DNA of 33,127 bases from Synechococcus sp. (GCA_051439605.1 JBFRWN010000135.1:1-33127), one strand, 5' to 3'. Positions 19,751 to 31,245 are shown, numbered from the stretch's first letter. Numbers and translations are program-made. The notes: a model not told the origin generated them from the sequence alone.

Positions 19751-21262
19751 CTATTTCAAAAACAGCCGGTAAGCGGGGTTGTCGTTTTCATCCCAGTATC
19801 GATAGCCTAAAGTATTTAGAAACTCCTGCCATTCCCCCATCTCTTCTGGTGGAACTTGCATTCCCACCACAATGCGACCGTAATCCGATCCGTTATTGCG
19901 GTAGTGGAATAGGCTGATATTCCAGTTGGGGCTCATGGAGGCCACAAATTTCATCAGGGCTCCGGGACGCTCGGGAAATTCAAACCGATAAATGAGTTCG
20001 TTGTGGGCCAACGGCGATCGCCCCCCTACCATGTGGCGCAAGTGCATCTTAGATAATTCATCATCGGTTAAATCCAAAGTCTTTAATCCAGCTGACTCAA
20101 ACGTGTCTCTCATCTCGGCAGCATCGGCCCGATTCTGCACCTGTACCCCCACAAAAATATGGGCTTCTTTTTCGTCCGCAATCCGGTAATTGAACTCTGT
20201 TAAATTTCGGGTGCCCAAGCAGTCGCAGAACTTGCGCAAACTACCGGGTTTCTCTGGGATATTGACGGCAAAAATGGCCTCTCGACGTTCCCCAAATTCT
20301 GCTCGTTCCGCCACAAACCGCAGCCGATCGAAATTCATGTTGGCACCGCAGGCCAATGCAACCAGTGTCTCCTCTGTAATACCTGTCCGCTCTACATAGG
20401 CTTTCGCTCCGGCGATCGCCAAGGCTCCCGCCGGTTCCACAATCGATCGCGTGTCTTCAAACACGTCCTTGATAGCTGCGCAGGTATCGTCGGTTTCCAC
20501 CAAAATAATGTCATCCACCAACTCTTGACAAAGGCGGAACGTCTCTTCCCCCACTTGCCGCACTGCTACGCCGTCCGCAAACAATCCCACTTGGTCGAGC
20601 CGTACGCGGTTACCCACTTTGAGAGAGCGGTACATGGCATCAGCATCGGTGGGCTCTACCCCAATAATTTTGATCTCGGGTCGTACCCGCTTCACATAAG
20701 AGGCAATCCCGGAGATCAGGCCACCACCACCAATCGCCACAAAAATCGCATGGATCGGCTGCTGGTATTGCCGCAGAATTTCCATGCCAATGGTCCCCTG
20801 TCCAGCAATCACATCGGGATCGTCGAAGGGGTGGATGAAGGCCAGCCCTTTGTCTTTTTCTAGCTGGCGAGCGTAGGCATAAGCATCGTCGTAGGTATCG
20901 CCAAATAGTACGACTTCTGCCCCGCGAGCTTTTACCGCATCCACCTTCATTGAGGGGGTCGTCACCGGCATCACTATCACAGCGCGGGTGCCCAGTTTCT
21001 GAGCGGCCAGAGCCACCCCTTGGGCGTGGTTGCCAGCAGAGGAGGCGATCGCCCCCCGTTTCAGCATCTCGGGTGGCAGATTAACCATTTTGTTATAGGC
21101 CCCCCGCAGTTTAAAAGAGAACACCGACTGGATATCTTCCCGCTTGAGCAAAATGGTGTTGTTCAGCCGCGCCGATAGGTTAGGAGCATATTCCAGCGGG
21201 GATTCTTGGGCCACGTCGTAGACGCGGGCAGTGAGGATACGGGTGAGGTAATCGGGGGTCAT
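19751..21262 (-). CDS. ilvA: Threonine ammonia-lyase, biosynthetic
   Basis: PLP motif KREDxQxVFSFKLRGAYNK, SAGNHAQGVA, GGGGLI and two regulatory domains (PEKPGS; FEFPERPGAL, SLFHYRN). Start at ATG 21262 (MTPDYL). Confidence 0.96.
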   Translation of the reverse strand: MTPDYLTRILTARVYDVAQESPLEYAPNLSARLNNTILLKREDIQSVFSFKLRGAYNKMVNLPPEMLKRGAIASSAGNHAQGVALAAQKLGTRAVIVMPVTTPSMKVDAVKARGAEVVLFGDTYDDAYAYARQLEKDKGLAFIHPFDDPDVIAGQGTIGMEILRQYQQPIHAIFVAIGGGGLISGIASYVKRVRPEIKIIGVEPTDADAMYRSLKVGNRVRLDQVGLFADGVAVRQVGEETFRLCQELVDDIILVETDDTCAAIKDVFEDTRSIVEPAGALAIAGAKAYVERTGITEETLVALACGANMNFDRLRFVAERAEFGERREAIFAVNIPEKPGSLRKFCDCLGTRNLTEFNYRIADEKEAHIFVGVQVQNRADAAEMRDTFESAGLKTLDLTDDELSKMHLRHMVGGRSPLAHNELIYRFEFPERPGALMKFVASMSPNWNISLFHYRNNGSDYGRIVVGMQVPPEEMGEWQEFLNTLGYRYWDENDNPAYRLFLK

Positions 21263-21440
21263 GGGAGGAGGAGAGGTGCAGGCTTGTGAGTGGTGAAATT
21301 GCCTGTAGATCGAGGGTACAGGTTTAGGGGACGTACCGCAGAGTTGAGACTTGAGTGTTAGCAGAAGAGATCTGATTAGCCGCAAGTGAACGAATGCATT
21401 ACCCTAGCAAAGCTATCGCTGTCTGTCAGAGTTACCGTCC

Positions 21441-24400
21441 ATGCATCGAATTGCTTCAGCCCCCGGTGGTTGGCAACCCGGCCAAGAGGGCGTCATTTTC
21501 ATCGAACAGCAGCCGGGAGAGATCGCGTTCCTGACAGCCGCTGACACCGATATCCAAACTTTGGCAGCTGCGATCGCTCAACTCCCCGATAATTTTCCTC
21601 AAGTCAGAGCAGTCAACCTGCTCAACCTGCAACAGCAGCTGACCATCGACACCTACGCCGATGATGTCCTCTCTGGGGCTAAAGCGATCGCCATTCGCCT
21701 CCTCGGCGGCCAAGCCTACTGGTCCTACGGTCTAGAAGTGGTCAAAGAATTAGTTCAGCACACCGGAGCCGAACTGATCGTCCTCCCCGGCGACGATCGC
21801 CCCGACCTCAACCTAATGAGCCAATCCACTTTGGGACTAAACGACATCGATCGCCTGTGGAAATATTTCCTAGAAGGAGGCGTCCACAATGTTTCTGAGG
21901 GCTTAAAAGCGATCGCCAACCTAGCCTGCGATACCAAGTACGACGTCGAGCCCGTCCAATCTCTCCCCAACATCGGTCTCTATCACCCTGAAGGAACCTC
22001 TCACAAGTCCCCCACAAGTGGGGGATTTAGGGGGCCTGAATCCCCCATCAGCATCGGAATCCTCCTTTACCGCGCCCACGTCCTCAGCGCCAACACTGCC
22101 CCCATCGACGCCCTCCTCCAAACCCTCGAACAAAAGGGCGCGTCCGTCACATGCCTCTACACCTATTCCCTCAAAGATCCCGAACTGCCAGCCCAATTGC
22201 TAGAGCATTTCCGCGATCGCAACTCCATTGATGTTCTCATCAACACCACAAGTTTTTCGCTGGCAAAACTCAATTGTGACGAGCAGTCAGTCGCCGCTTG
22301 GCAAGCTTTAGATGTGCCGGTCATTCAAGCCATCGTTAGCGGTATTTCCGAACAGCAATGGCAAGATTCATCTCAAGGTCTATCCCCGCGAGATATCGCC
22401 ATGAATGTTGCCCTACCAGAAGTAGACGGGCGGCTGATCGGGCGGGCGATCTCGTTTAAATCAGTCGAGCAAACCGACGATTGCCTACAGACAGAAGTCG
22501 TGCGCTACAAGCCAGTCCCCGATCGCGTCGAGTTTGTGGCCCAGTTGGCGGTCAACTGGGGACGACTACGGCAGACTCCCGCAAGCGATCGCAAAGTGGC
22601 GCTGGTGCTGGCTAACTATCCCAATCGGGATGGACGGCTAGCCAATGGTGTTGGTTTGGATACGCCCGAAAGTTGCGTGCGAATTTTGGCGGCACTGAAC
22701 CAGGTGGGATACCGCATCCCCGAGGTTCCGTCCTCCTCCGCAGGCCTCATGGATTGGCTCACCAAGTCGGTGACCAACGATCCTGAGAGCAAGCAGCTGC
22801 GCCCCGTGCGGCAATCGCTGTCTGCTGCCAACTATCGAGAGTGGTTTGATGGTCTACCTGACGTGGCTCGGGAGGAGATCGTAACTCAGTGGGGGGAACC
22901 ACCCAACGATGACATCCCCGTTCCCGGCCTTCAACTGGGCAACCTGTTCGTTGGTATTCAGCCCTCTCGCGGCTACGATCTTGACCCCACCCTCAGCTAC
23001 CATTCTCCCGATTTAGTTCCCCCCCATGCCTACCTAGCCTTCTACGCTTGGCTGCGTTGGGAATTTGGAGTGGAGGCGATCGCCCACATCGGCAAACACG
23101 GCAATCTGGAATGGCTCCCCGGCAAAGGGGTGGCTCTTTCTAAAATTTGCTTCCCCGAAATCGCCTTCGGCCCCATCCCCCATCTCTACCCCTTCATCGT
23201 TAACGATCCCGGTGAAGGGGCACAGGCTAAGCGGCGGGCACAGGCGGCGATCGTCGATCACCTCACTCCACCATTGACCCGAGCGGAGCTCTACGGCCCT
23301 CTAATAGAGCTAGAACGGTTGATAGACGAATATTATGAAGCCCAGAGCCTCGATCCGCGACGACTGCCGCTGATTCAACCGCAAATTATAAAGCTGTTGG
23401 AGCAAGAGCAACTGCTGGCAGATATAGAGGTCTCAGTCGATCGCACCGTTAGCAATCGCATCGCAAATCCTGATGTCTCTGAAGTTCTCAACCAACTGGA
23501 TGGCTATTTATGCGAACTCAAAGAGGCACAAATTCGAGATGGGCTTCACGTTCTAGGACAATTTCCCCCCGGACAACAGGGCATCGACTTGCTGGCATCG
23601 CTGGCTAGATTTCCAGGTGCTAGTCAGGAGGGACTGACACAAGCAATCGCCGCTGACTACCAGCTTGGTTTTGACCCTCTCACGGCAGAATTTGCCGAGG
23701 CTTGTGGGAACCTCCCCTCAGACCTTCAGGTCCTGTTGGACAAAGACTGTCGCCTCATTGGAGATGCGATTGAGGCAATTGAACTGTTGGCCAACCAATG
23801 GCTCTCCCAGCTAGTCAATGGCAAGCAACTAAGTCCGAGTCCGGGGGCGCGATCGCAAGCCTGTTTGGACTGGATACAAACGAAGCTATGGCCCAAACTG
23901 CAACAAACTCCCCAAGAGATTCAAGCGATTCTGAACGGTCTGGACGGTCGCTATATTCCCAGCGGTCCATCGGGGGCACCCACTAGAGGGAGATCGGATG
24001 TACTCCCCACTGGGCGCAACTTTTACTCGGTGGATATCCGCGCCATTCCGACAGAGACAGCTTGGATGGTGGGGCAAAAAGCAGCAGATAAGACGATTGA
24101 ACGATACATGCAGGAGGAGGGAGACTATCCCAAAACGCTAGGGCTTTCGGTGTGGGGCACCTCCACAATGCGCACGGGAGGAGATGACTGGGCACAGGCG
24201 TTAGCCCTAATGGGGGTGAAGCCTGTGTGGGAAGGACTCTCCCGACGGGTGGTGGATTTCGAGATTCTGCCCCTGTCGGTGTTGGGCAGACCTAGGGTAG
24301 ATGTCACGCTGCGCATCTCTGGCTTCTTTCGGGATGCCTTCCCCAATCTGATTTCTCTGTTTGATTCAGCAGTGCAGGCTGTTGCCCTCCAAACAGATGA

Positions 24401-25232
24401 ATCCCCCCAGGAAAACCCCATCCGAGCGCGCATCCAGCAGGATACTATCTATTGGCAAAATCAGGGTTTACCTGAAGCCCAAGCCCTGCAGCGGGCCAGT
24501 TACCGAATTTTTGGCTCTAAACCCGGAGCCTATGGCGCCGGATTGCAGGGGCTCATCGAAGCGCAAAACTGGTCTAGCGAAGCCGATCTTGCTCAGGCTT
24601 ACCTCAACTGGAGCGGTTATGCCTACACCGGGGCCACCAAAGGACATGCCGCCCCCGAAGCCCTTCAGCAGCGGCTGCAGCAGCTGCAGATCGTGTTGCA
24701 CAACCAGGACAACCGCGAACACGATCTCTTGGACTCCGATGACTATTACCAATTTCAGGGGGGGATGACGGCGGCGGTGAAGACGTTGGCCGGACAAGCC
24801 CCAAAAACCTACTTTGGAGACAATTCACGTCCCTCTGTACCCAAGGTGCGATCGCTAGAGCAGGAAATTCGTCGCGTATACCGCTCGCGGGTAGTGAACC
24901 CCAAATGGATTGCTGGAGCCATGCGCCACGGCTATAAGGGGGCGTTCGAGATGGTGGCGACGTTAGATTATTTGTTCGCCTACGATGCGACAACGAGCTG
25001 TGTGGCGGACTTTATGTACGAAGGGGTAGCGAACAGCTACGTGCTAGAGGAACGGGTACAGGATTTTGTTCGGCAGGTGAATCCTTGGGCGTTACGGGAT
25101 ATGGCGGAGCGTTTGCTGGAGGCGAATCAGCGGGGATTGTGGGGGAATGCCTCCCCCGAGCTTTTGGAGGCGATCGAGTTGGTGATGTTGGAAGCGGAAG
25201 GGGAGATTGAAGCCGCATCATCTCCCGTCTAA
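21441..25232 (+). CDS. cobN: Cobaltochelatase subunit CobN
   Basis: CobN-type N-terminus MHRIA..PGGW; ALPEVDGR, ANGVGLDTP, HIGKHGNLEWLPGK, QIRDGLH, LPTGRNFY, QDNREHDLLDSDDYYQFQGG and HGYKGA. Confidence 0.95.
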   Translation: MHRIASAPGGWQPGQEGVIFIEQQPGEIAFLTAADTDIQTLAAAIAQLPDNFPQVRAVNLLNLQQQLTIDTYADDVLSGAKAIAIRLLGGQAYWSYGLEVVKELVQHTGAELIVLPGDDRPDLNLMSQSTLGLNDIDRLWKYFLEGGVHNVSEGLKAIANLACDTKYDVEPVQSLPNIGLYHPEGTSHKSPTSGGFRGPESPISIGILLYRAHVLSANTAPIDALLQTLEQKGASVTCLYTYSLKDPELPAQLLEHFRDRNSIDVLINTTSFSLAKLNCDEQSVAAWQALDVPVIQAIVSGISEQQWQDSSQGLSPRDIAMNVALPEVDGRLIGRAISFKSVEQTDDCLQTEVVRYKPVPDRVEFVAQLAVNWGRLRQTPASDRKVALVLANYPNRDGRLANGVGLDTPESCVRILAALNQVGYRIPEVPSSSAGLMDWLTKSVTNDPESKQLRPVRQSLSAANYREWFDGLPDVAREEIVTQWGEPPNDDIPVPGLQLGNLFVGIQPSRGYDLDPTLSYHSPDLVPPHAYLAFYAWLRWEFGVEAIAHIGKHGNLEWLPGKGVALSKICFPEIAFGPIPHLYPFIVNDPGEGAQAKRRAQAAIVDHLTPPLTRAELYGPLIELERLIDEYYEAQSLDPRRLPLIQPQIIKLLEQEQLLADIEVSVDRTVSNRIANPDVSEVLNQLDGYLCELKEAQIRDGLHVLGQFPPGQQGIDLLASLARFPGASQEGLTQAIAADYQLGFDPLTAEFAEACGNLPSDLQVLLDKDCRLIGDAIEAIELLANQWLSQLVNGKQLSPSPGARSQACLDWIQTKLWPKLQQTPQEIQAILNGLDGRYIPSGPSGAPTRGRSDVLPTGRNFYSVDIRAIPTETAWMVGQKAADKTIERYMQEEGDYPKTLGLSVWGTSTMRTGGDDWAQALALMGVKPVWEGLSRRVVDFEILPLSVLGRPRVDVTLRISGFFRDAFPNLISLFDSAVQAVALQTDESPQENPIRARIQQDTIYWQNQGLPEAQALQRASYRIFGSKPGAYGAGLQGLIEAQNWSSEADLAQAYLNWSGYAYTGATKGHAAPEALQQRLQQLQIVLHNQDNREHDLLDSDDYYQFQGGMTAAVKTLAGQAPKTYFGDNSRPSVPKVRSLEQEIRRVYRSRVVNPKWIAGAMRHGYKGAFEMVATLDYLFAYDATTSCVADFMYEGVANSYVLEERVQDFVRQVNPWALRDMAERLLEANQRGLWGNASPELLEAIELVMLEAEGEIEAASSPV
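22005..22035. repeat. Small palindromic dispersed repeat (SDR-like) inserted in frame in cobN
   Basis: Hairpin AAGTCCCCCAC-AA-GTGGGGGATTT followed by AGGGGGC; translated as KSPTSGGFRG. Confidence 0.7.
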
Positions 25233-25323
25233 AGGAGTGCTCTGTGCGGAGTAATGCCATCGATCGGGGCTACCGAAAGATGAAGCAGGTGGAAAGGTCG
25301 CTTCTTTGGTAGCTGAACTGAGC

Positions 25324-25329
25324 TATAAT
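25324..25329 (+). promoter_or_regulatory. Putative -10 box of tRNA-Leu
   Basis: Perfect TATAAT ending 14 nt upstream of the tRNA 5' end. Confidence 0.55.
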
Positions 25330-25343
25330 CAACTTCGCTCTTC

Positions 25344-25427
25344 GGGGGTGTGGCGGAATGGTAGACGCTGCGGACTTAAAATCCGTTTTCGGATGACGAA
25401 GTGAGGGTTCAAGTCCCTCCACCCCCA
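25344..25427 (+). tRNA. trnL: tRNA-Leu(UAA), intron-less, CCA not encoded
   Basis: Acceptor stem GGGGGTG/CACCCCC, anticodon arm GCGGA-CTTAAAA-TCCGT, long variable arm, T-loop GTTCAAGTC. Confidence 0.95.
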
Positions 25428-25546
25428 TACCAATCCAATCCTTTGCCGTATGGACTCTACCGGATGATTTCAGAAAGTCGTTAAGTTGGGCTATTCAACC
25501 ATACAGCTGCCTTTAGAGTGTAGCCATTAGTAAATTACAGGTTGGT

Positions 25547-26269
25547 ATGGCAGTTCCAGGAATTGGCACAGCAGTCAATGTGGTGGCGATCGCCCTTGGT
25601 TCTGGGTTGGGTTGGACAGTTGGCCAGCGGCTGCCACAGCGAGTGAGCGAAATTGTGTTGCAGGGCATTGGGTTGATTGTTCTAGTGGTCGGCATGCAAA
25701 TGGCCCTAACCGCCAGCAGCGCAGCTCAGTTCTCCATAGCGATCGTGTCAATGGTCTTAGGTGCAGTTACCGGAGAGCTGATGAATATCGAGCATTGGCT
25801 GACGCGGTTAGGGCAAGCAATTGAATGGTGGGTTAGTAAGAGATTTGGACCCAACCCCATTACAAAGGCATTCATTACTAGTAGCCTCCTCTTCCTTGTC
25901 GGCCCTATGGCTATTTTGGGCGGTATTCAGGATGGGCTGTTGGGCGATCCTTCACTCCTACTGATTAAGTCCGGCTTAGACGGTATTGTTTCTATTGCCT
26001 TCACCGCTAGTCTCGGCATTGGTACCCTGTTTTCCACTCTGCCGATCGCCATTTACCAAGGGGCTTGGACGTTCCTCGGTATCGTGGCTGGTGATGTCGT
26101 AAACGAATCAGCCGTGGATGCGCTCACCGCAACCGGTGGATTGGTAGTGATGGGGATCGGATTCAACCTGTTACAGGTGACACAATTGCGATTGGGAAAC
26201 TTTTTACCTGCCCTATTGTTTGCTGGGGCGATCGCCGGTTGGACCCCTGGCTGGACGCTGGAATTCTAG
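25547..26269 (+). CDS. DUF554-family membrane protein
   Basis: Motifs GTxVNVxAIxxGSxxG, FITSSLLFxVGPMAILG, KSxLDG, YQG and ATGG. Confidence 0.88.
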   Translation: MAVPGIGTAVNVVAIALGSGLGWTVGQRLPQRVSEIVLQGIGLIVLVVGMQMALTASSAAQFSIAIVSMVLGAVTGELMNIEHWLTRLGQAIEWWVSKRFGPNPITKAFITSSLLFLVGPMAILGGIQDGLLGDPSLLLIKSGLDGIVSIAFTASLGIGTLFSTLPIAIYQGAWTFLGIVAGDVVNESAVDALTATGGLVVMGIGFNLLQVTQLRLGNFLPALLFAGAIAGWTPGWTLEF

Positions 26270-26360
26270 TGGAGTTATTAAGTTCTGACACCCGAAGAGA
26301 TCGCGATCGTTAACTCGCGAATGATTTGTGGTTTGCTATTACCAATTACACCTCCAACGT

Positions 26361-27830
26361 ATGGGTCAAGAGATATCCACCGATCGCTTTAGCGACGAAG
26401 ACTTTATCCGGTTTCGGAAAAACTTGCAGCAGGAGACGGAGCAACTTGCCCAATGGTTTGACCCGCAGGCTCCCTCTTTTCCAGACTGCCCTACTTTGAC
26501 CGGAGGGTTCGAGCTAGAAGCCTGTTTGATCGATGTCAATTTCGATCCCGCCCCCATCAACCAGCCCTTCCTCGAATGCCTCAACAGTCCTCTTGTGGTG
26601 GAAGAACTTGCCCGCTTCAACGTCGAAATCAACACGAACCCTCAATCTCTGGTCAATAAATGCTTGAGCTCGATCCATGCGGAGCTGGAGCACACTTGGC
26701 AGCAATGTACTCGGGCAGCTCAATCTCTTGATGCCCACTTACTCTCCATCGGCATCCTCCCCACCCTTTGCCCCGAACATATAATTCTCGACAATATGTC
26801 TGACCGGGCCCGTTACCGAGCCCTCAATCAACGGTTGATTCAGCAACGTAGCGATCACCAAATTCACATTAATATCGCGGAGCCAGAGACTCCGACCTCT
26901 TGCTTTAGCTTCGATAGCCCCAACATCATGATCGAAGCTGCTGCCACCTCCTTCCAAATCCACCTCCAAGTTCCCCCCGCTGCAGCCCTACGCTACTTCA
27001 ACGCTGCCACCATCCTGTCAGCCCCCATGGTGGCTCTCTCCGCTAATTCCCCATATTTGTTTGGACGCGATCTCTGGTGCGAAACCCGCATCCCCCTGTT
27101 CGAACAAATCATGACCATCGACAATTCCATCCGGTCCACCCCGAATGTCTCGGCCGATCAACCTGCTAGCCGCGTTTCCCTGGGCCAGGGCTACCTGCGA
27201 CAGTCGATGATGGAGTGTTTTGTCGAAAATCTTAAGGACTTCTGTATCCTGCTGCCGGAAGTATTGGCATTAGAGCCCGATCGCTTCAACCACCTGCGTC
27301 TCCACAACGGCACCATCTGGCGCTGGAATCGCCCCCTCATCGGTTTCAATTCTGATGGACTGCCCCACTTGCGCATCGAACATCGGGTGGTTCCCGCCCC
27401 CACCAGTGTCGTTGACGCCGTTGCCACATCAGCCTTTTTCTTCGGAACCGTTCATACCCTGGCCACCCAAGCCACTCCGCCAGAAGCTCAAATGTCCTTT
27501 GCCCAGGCCCGCGCAAATTTCTATTCCGCGTCTCAACAGGGGCTTGACGCACGAATGACCTGGCTAGATGGCTCCACTTCATCTATTCAGGAACTATCGC
27601 TGCAAGAGTTATTGCCGATGGCCCGCCAGGGATTAGCCCAATTACAGCTTAACCATTTAGATGTGGAGCGGTACCTCGGTATTATTCAAGAACGTCTACA
27701 ATCTGGCCAAACCGGTGCTGTCTGGCAGCGTCAGTTTGTTCGCCAGCGAGCGGCTGATATGCGCTCTCTAGTTTCTGCATATTTAGACAACCAATATTCG
27801 GGCTTGCCCGTTCATCAGTGGATGATTTGA
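26361..27830 (+). CDS. Glutamate--cysteine ligase-like (GCS2 family) carboxylate-amine ligase
   Basis: Motifs GFELE, ELARFNVEIN, TSFQIHLQV, ALSANSPYLFG, ETRIPLFEQ, LHNGTIWRWNRP and LRIEHR. Start at ATG 26361 (MGQEI). Confidence 0.8.
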   Translation: MGQEISTDRFSDEDFIRFRKNLQQETEQLAQWFDPQAPSFPDCPTLTGGFELEACLIDVNFDPAPINQPFLECLNSPLVVEELARFNVEINTNPQSLVNKCLSSIHAELEHTWQQCTRAAQSLDAHLLSIGILPTLCPEHIILDNMSDRARYRALNQRLIQQRSDHQIHINIAEPETPTSCFSFDSPNIMIEAAATSFQIHLQVPPAAALRYFNAATILSAPMVALSANSPYLFGRDLWCETRIPLFEQIMTIDNSIRSTPNVSADQPASRVSLGQGYLRQSMMECFVENLKDFCILLPEVLALEPDRFNHLRLHNGTIWRWNRPLIGFNSDGLPHLRIEHRVVPAPTSVVDAVATSAFFFGTVHTLATQATPPEAQMSFAQARANFYSASQQGLDARMTWLDGSTSSIQELSLQELLPMARQGLAQLQLNHLDVERYLGIIQERLQSGQTGAVWQRQFVRQRAADMRSLVSAYLDNQYSGLPVHQWMI

Positions 27831-28859
27831 ATGCTGACTGTACTCGATCGATTACCCAAGGGATTTCTCACGACTGACGCTCGCCATCTGCACGAGATTC
27901 TAGATGGTCCCACCCTAATCCACCTCCCTGGTCGTCAGCCCGATCCGCTGTTTGTTTCGATTCTTCTGCACGGCAACGAAATCACTGGTTTGCTGGCCAT
28001 CCAGAAATTATTGCAGCACTACGGCGAGCGACAATTGCCCCGATCGCTGTCTTTATTGGTGGGGAATATCGAAGCCGCGCGCGTGGGTTTGCGCCGTCTA
28101 GATACGCAACTTGACTACAACCGAGTTTGGCTTCCAGGCGATGCTCCGGAGCAGCAGATGGCGCAGCAAGTGGTAGCAGAAATGGCTGGCCGTTCTGTTT
28201 TTGCCAGCATCGATATTCACAACAACACCGGCCTCAATCCTCACTATGGGTGCATTACCGAACTAGACCCCCCCTTTCTACAACTTGCATCGCTGTTCGG
28301 ACGTACCACCGTTTACTTCACACAACCCAAGACTGTCCAATCTGCAGCGTTTGCTAAGGTCTGTCCCTCGATGGTGGTGGAATGTGGTCAGCCAGGACAT
28401 CCCTACGGCACCGAACACGCCTTTGAACTGCTTCAAGCCTGCCTGCATTTGACCCATTTTTCAGATCGGATGATCGACCCCAATGACATCGACCTCTTTC
28501 ATACGGTTGCTACCGTTAAAATCCCCGCCGAGCTCCAATTCAGCATTGGTCATTGTTCCTCAAGCGATCTCTGCTTTCCTGAAGGTATAGATCGTTTGAA
28601 CTTCTCGGAGCTTCCTGCTAATTCCCTTTTAGCCACTTACCCTTCCAATTTGTCCGTTCGCCTGAAGGTTACCGATGAAAATGATGTGGACGTGGGCGAT
28701 CGCTATTTTCACTATGCTGAGGGGGAAATCCGCACTCATCTTCCTGTCATGCCCTCCATGCTCACCTTAGATAAGCGCATTGTTCGCCAAGACTGCCTTT
28801 GCTATCTCATGGAGCGCTATCCACTGGCCTGTGACATTAGCTTGAGGGCCGCTGCTTGA
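27831..28859 (+). CDS. M14-family metallopeptidase (succinylglutamate desuccinylase/aspartoacylase-like)
   Basis: Zn-binding HGNE, DYNR, IDIH and catalytic VECG motifs. The ATG directly follows the ligase TGA. Confidence 0.82.
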   Translation: MLTVLDRLPKGFLTTDARHLHEILDGPTLIHLPGRQPDPLFVSILLHGNEITGLLAIQKLLQHYGERQLPRSLSLLVGNIEAARVGLRRLDTQLDYNRVWLPGDAPEQQMAQQVVAEMAGRSVFASIDIHNNTGLNPHYGCITELDPPFLQLASLFGRTTVYFTQPKTVQSAAFAKVCPSMVVECGQPGHPYGTEHAFELLQACLHLTHFSDRMIDPNDIDLFHTVATVKIPAELQFSIGHCSSSDLCFPEGIDRLNFSELPANSLLATYPSNLSVRLKVTDENDVDVGDRYFHYAEGEIRTHLPVMPSMLTLDKRIVRQDCLCYLMERYPLACDISLRAAA

Positions 28860-28913
28860 AGCTGGCTATCGGCGAGACTAAACCTTGCCAAGGAAGATTT
28901 TTTGAGGAAGGAG

Positions 28914-28942
28914 TTGACAATGGGATCCGAGGTAGCTAAGTT
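28914..28942 (+). promoter_or_regulatory. rrn operon sigma70-type promoter
   Basis: TTGACA (28914-28919), 17-nt spacer, TAAGTT (28937-28942); a boxA-like GAACCATGACA starts at 28997. Confidence 0.75.
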
Positions 28943-29163
28943 AGTAAAGCGCTTGAGAGAGGCAGGTCCAAAGTGGCATGTTTATTGAGGGCGTCCGAAC
29001 CATGACAGACGAATAGTTCCAAACAGTGAATGTACAGCCTCGTCAAAGAAACTAGAGGTTGTAACTCATCAAGAGTCTTGCTGATTAGTTTACGAATTAA
29101 TGAGTAAGAAGAGAGTTTACATCCAAATTGAATAAGTCAAGAGAGCCTAAAGAGGACTCATCC

Positions 29164-30651
<1,488 letters not shown>

Positions 30652-30831
30652 TAGGGAGACCTACCCATCCAAGTTCGAGAGCTAGTGTAACTAGCAATTA
30701 ATTAACAAGAACTGGAGCGGGTCATCCTAGGTCGTGCGAGACTGTACGAAGAAATTGATTGTTTGGGATTAAGACATCCTCGGGTGACTCCGGGGATGTC
30801 ATCTGCCTGGTTTGAGAATTGCACTGGGAAT

Positions 30832-30908
<77 letters not shown>

Positions 30909-30974
30909 TGAAATTTATCCTCGAATTGTCTTTAAGTACGTAGGTATTTGAGGAAAGGGGATGAAAGAGAGTGA

Positions 30975-31050
30975 GGGGGTATAGCTCAGTTGGTAGAGCA
31001 CCTGCTTTGCACGCAGGGGGTCAGCGGTTCGAGTCCGCTTACCTCCACCA
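30975..31050 (+). tRNA. trnA: tRNA-Ala(UGC)
   Basis: GGGGGTATAGCTCAG..., anticodon loop TTTGCAC, G3:U70 pair, ends CTCCACCA. Confidence 0.97.
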
Positions 31051-31137
31051 TTAATTCTCAAAGCAATCCTGGTTTGAGCATGTAGCACCGATAGGACTTG
31101 AGAGAGTATGTCGACTGCTGGATGTTAAATCCAGCCA

Positions 31138-31149
31138 GAACCTTGAAAA
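31138..31149 (+). promoter_or_regulatory. Spacer boxA antitermination element
   Basis: GAACCTTGAAAA, the cyanobacterial ITS boxA, preceded by a boxB-like helix at about 31083-31120. Confidence 0.8.
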
Positions 31150-31245
31150 CTGCATAGTCATCAGCAAACTTAGAGTTTGAGATACGCAAGTGTCTTGAAT
31201 GAAAAGTAAGCAGGTAGAAGAATCACCAATGAAAGAAGCGTAAAT

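Noticed and set aside
21263..21440. Cobalamin riboswitch upstream of cobN
   Set aside because: No B12-box or other conserved cobalamin riboswitch motifs are recognisable in this short divergent region.
9546..25232. Functional link between chlI and cobN (shared chelatase ATPase)
   Set aside because: They are about 11 kb apart on opposite strands with unrelated genes between them, so proximity gives no evidence.
25428..28900. Genomic island integrated at tRNA-Leu
   Set aside because: No integrase and no repeat of the tRNA 3' end were seen, and HIP1 sites occur in the DUF554 and peptidase genes, which suggests long residence.
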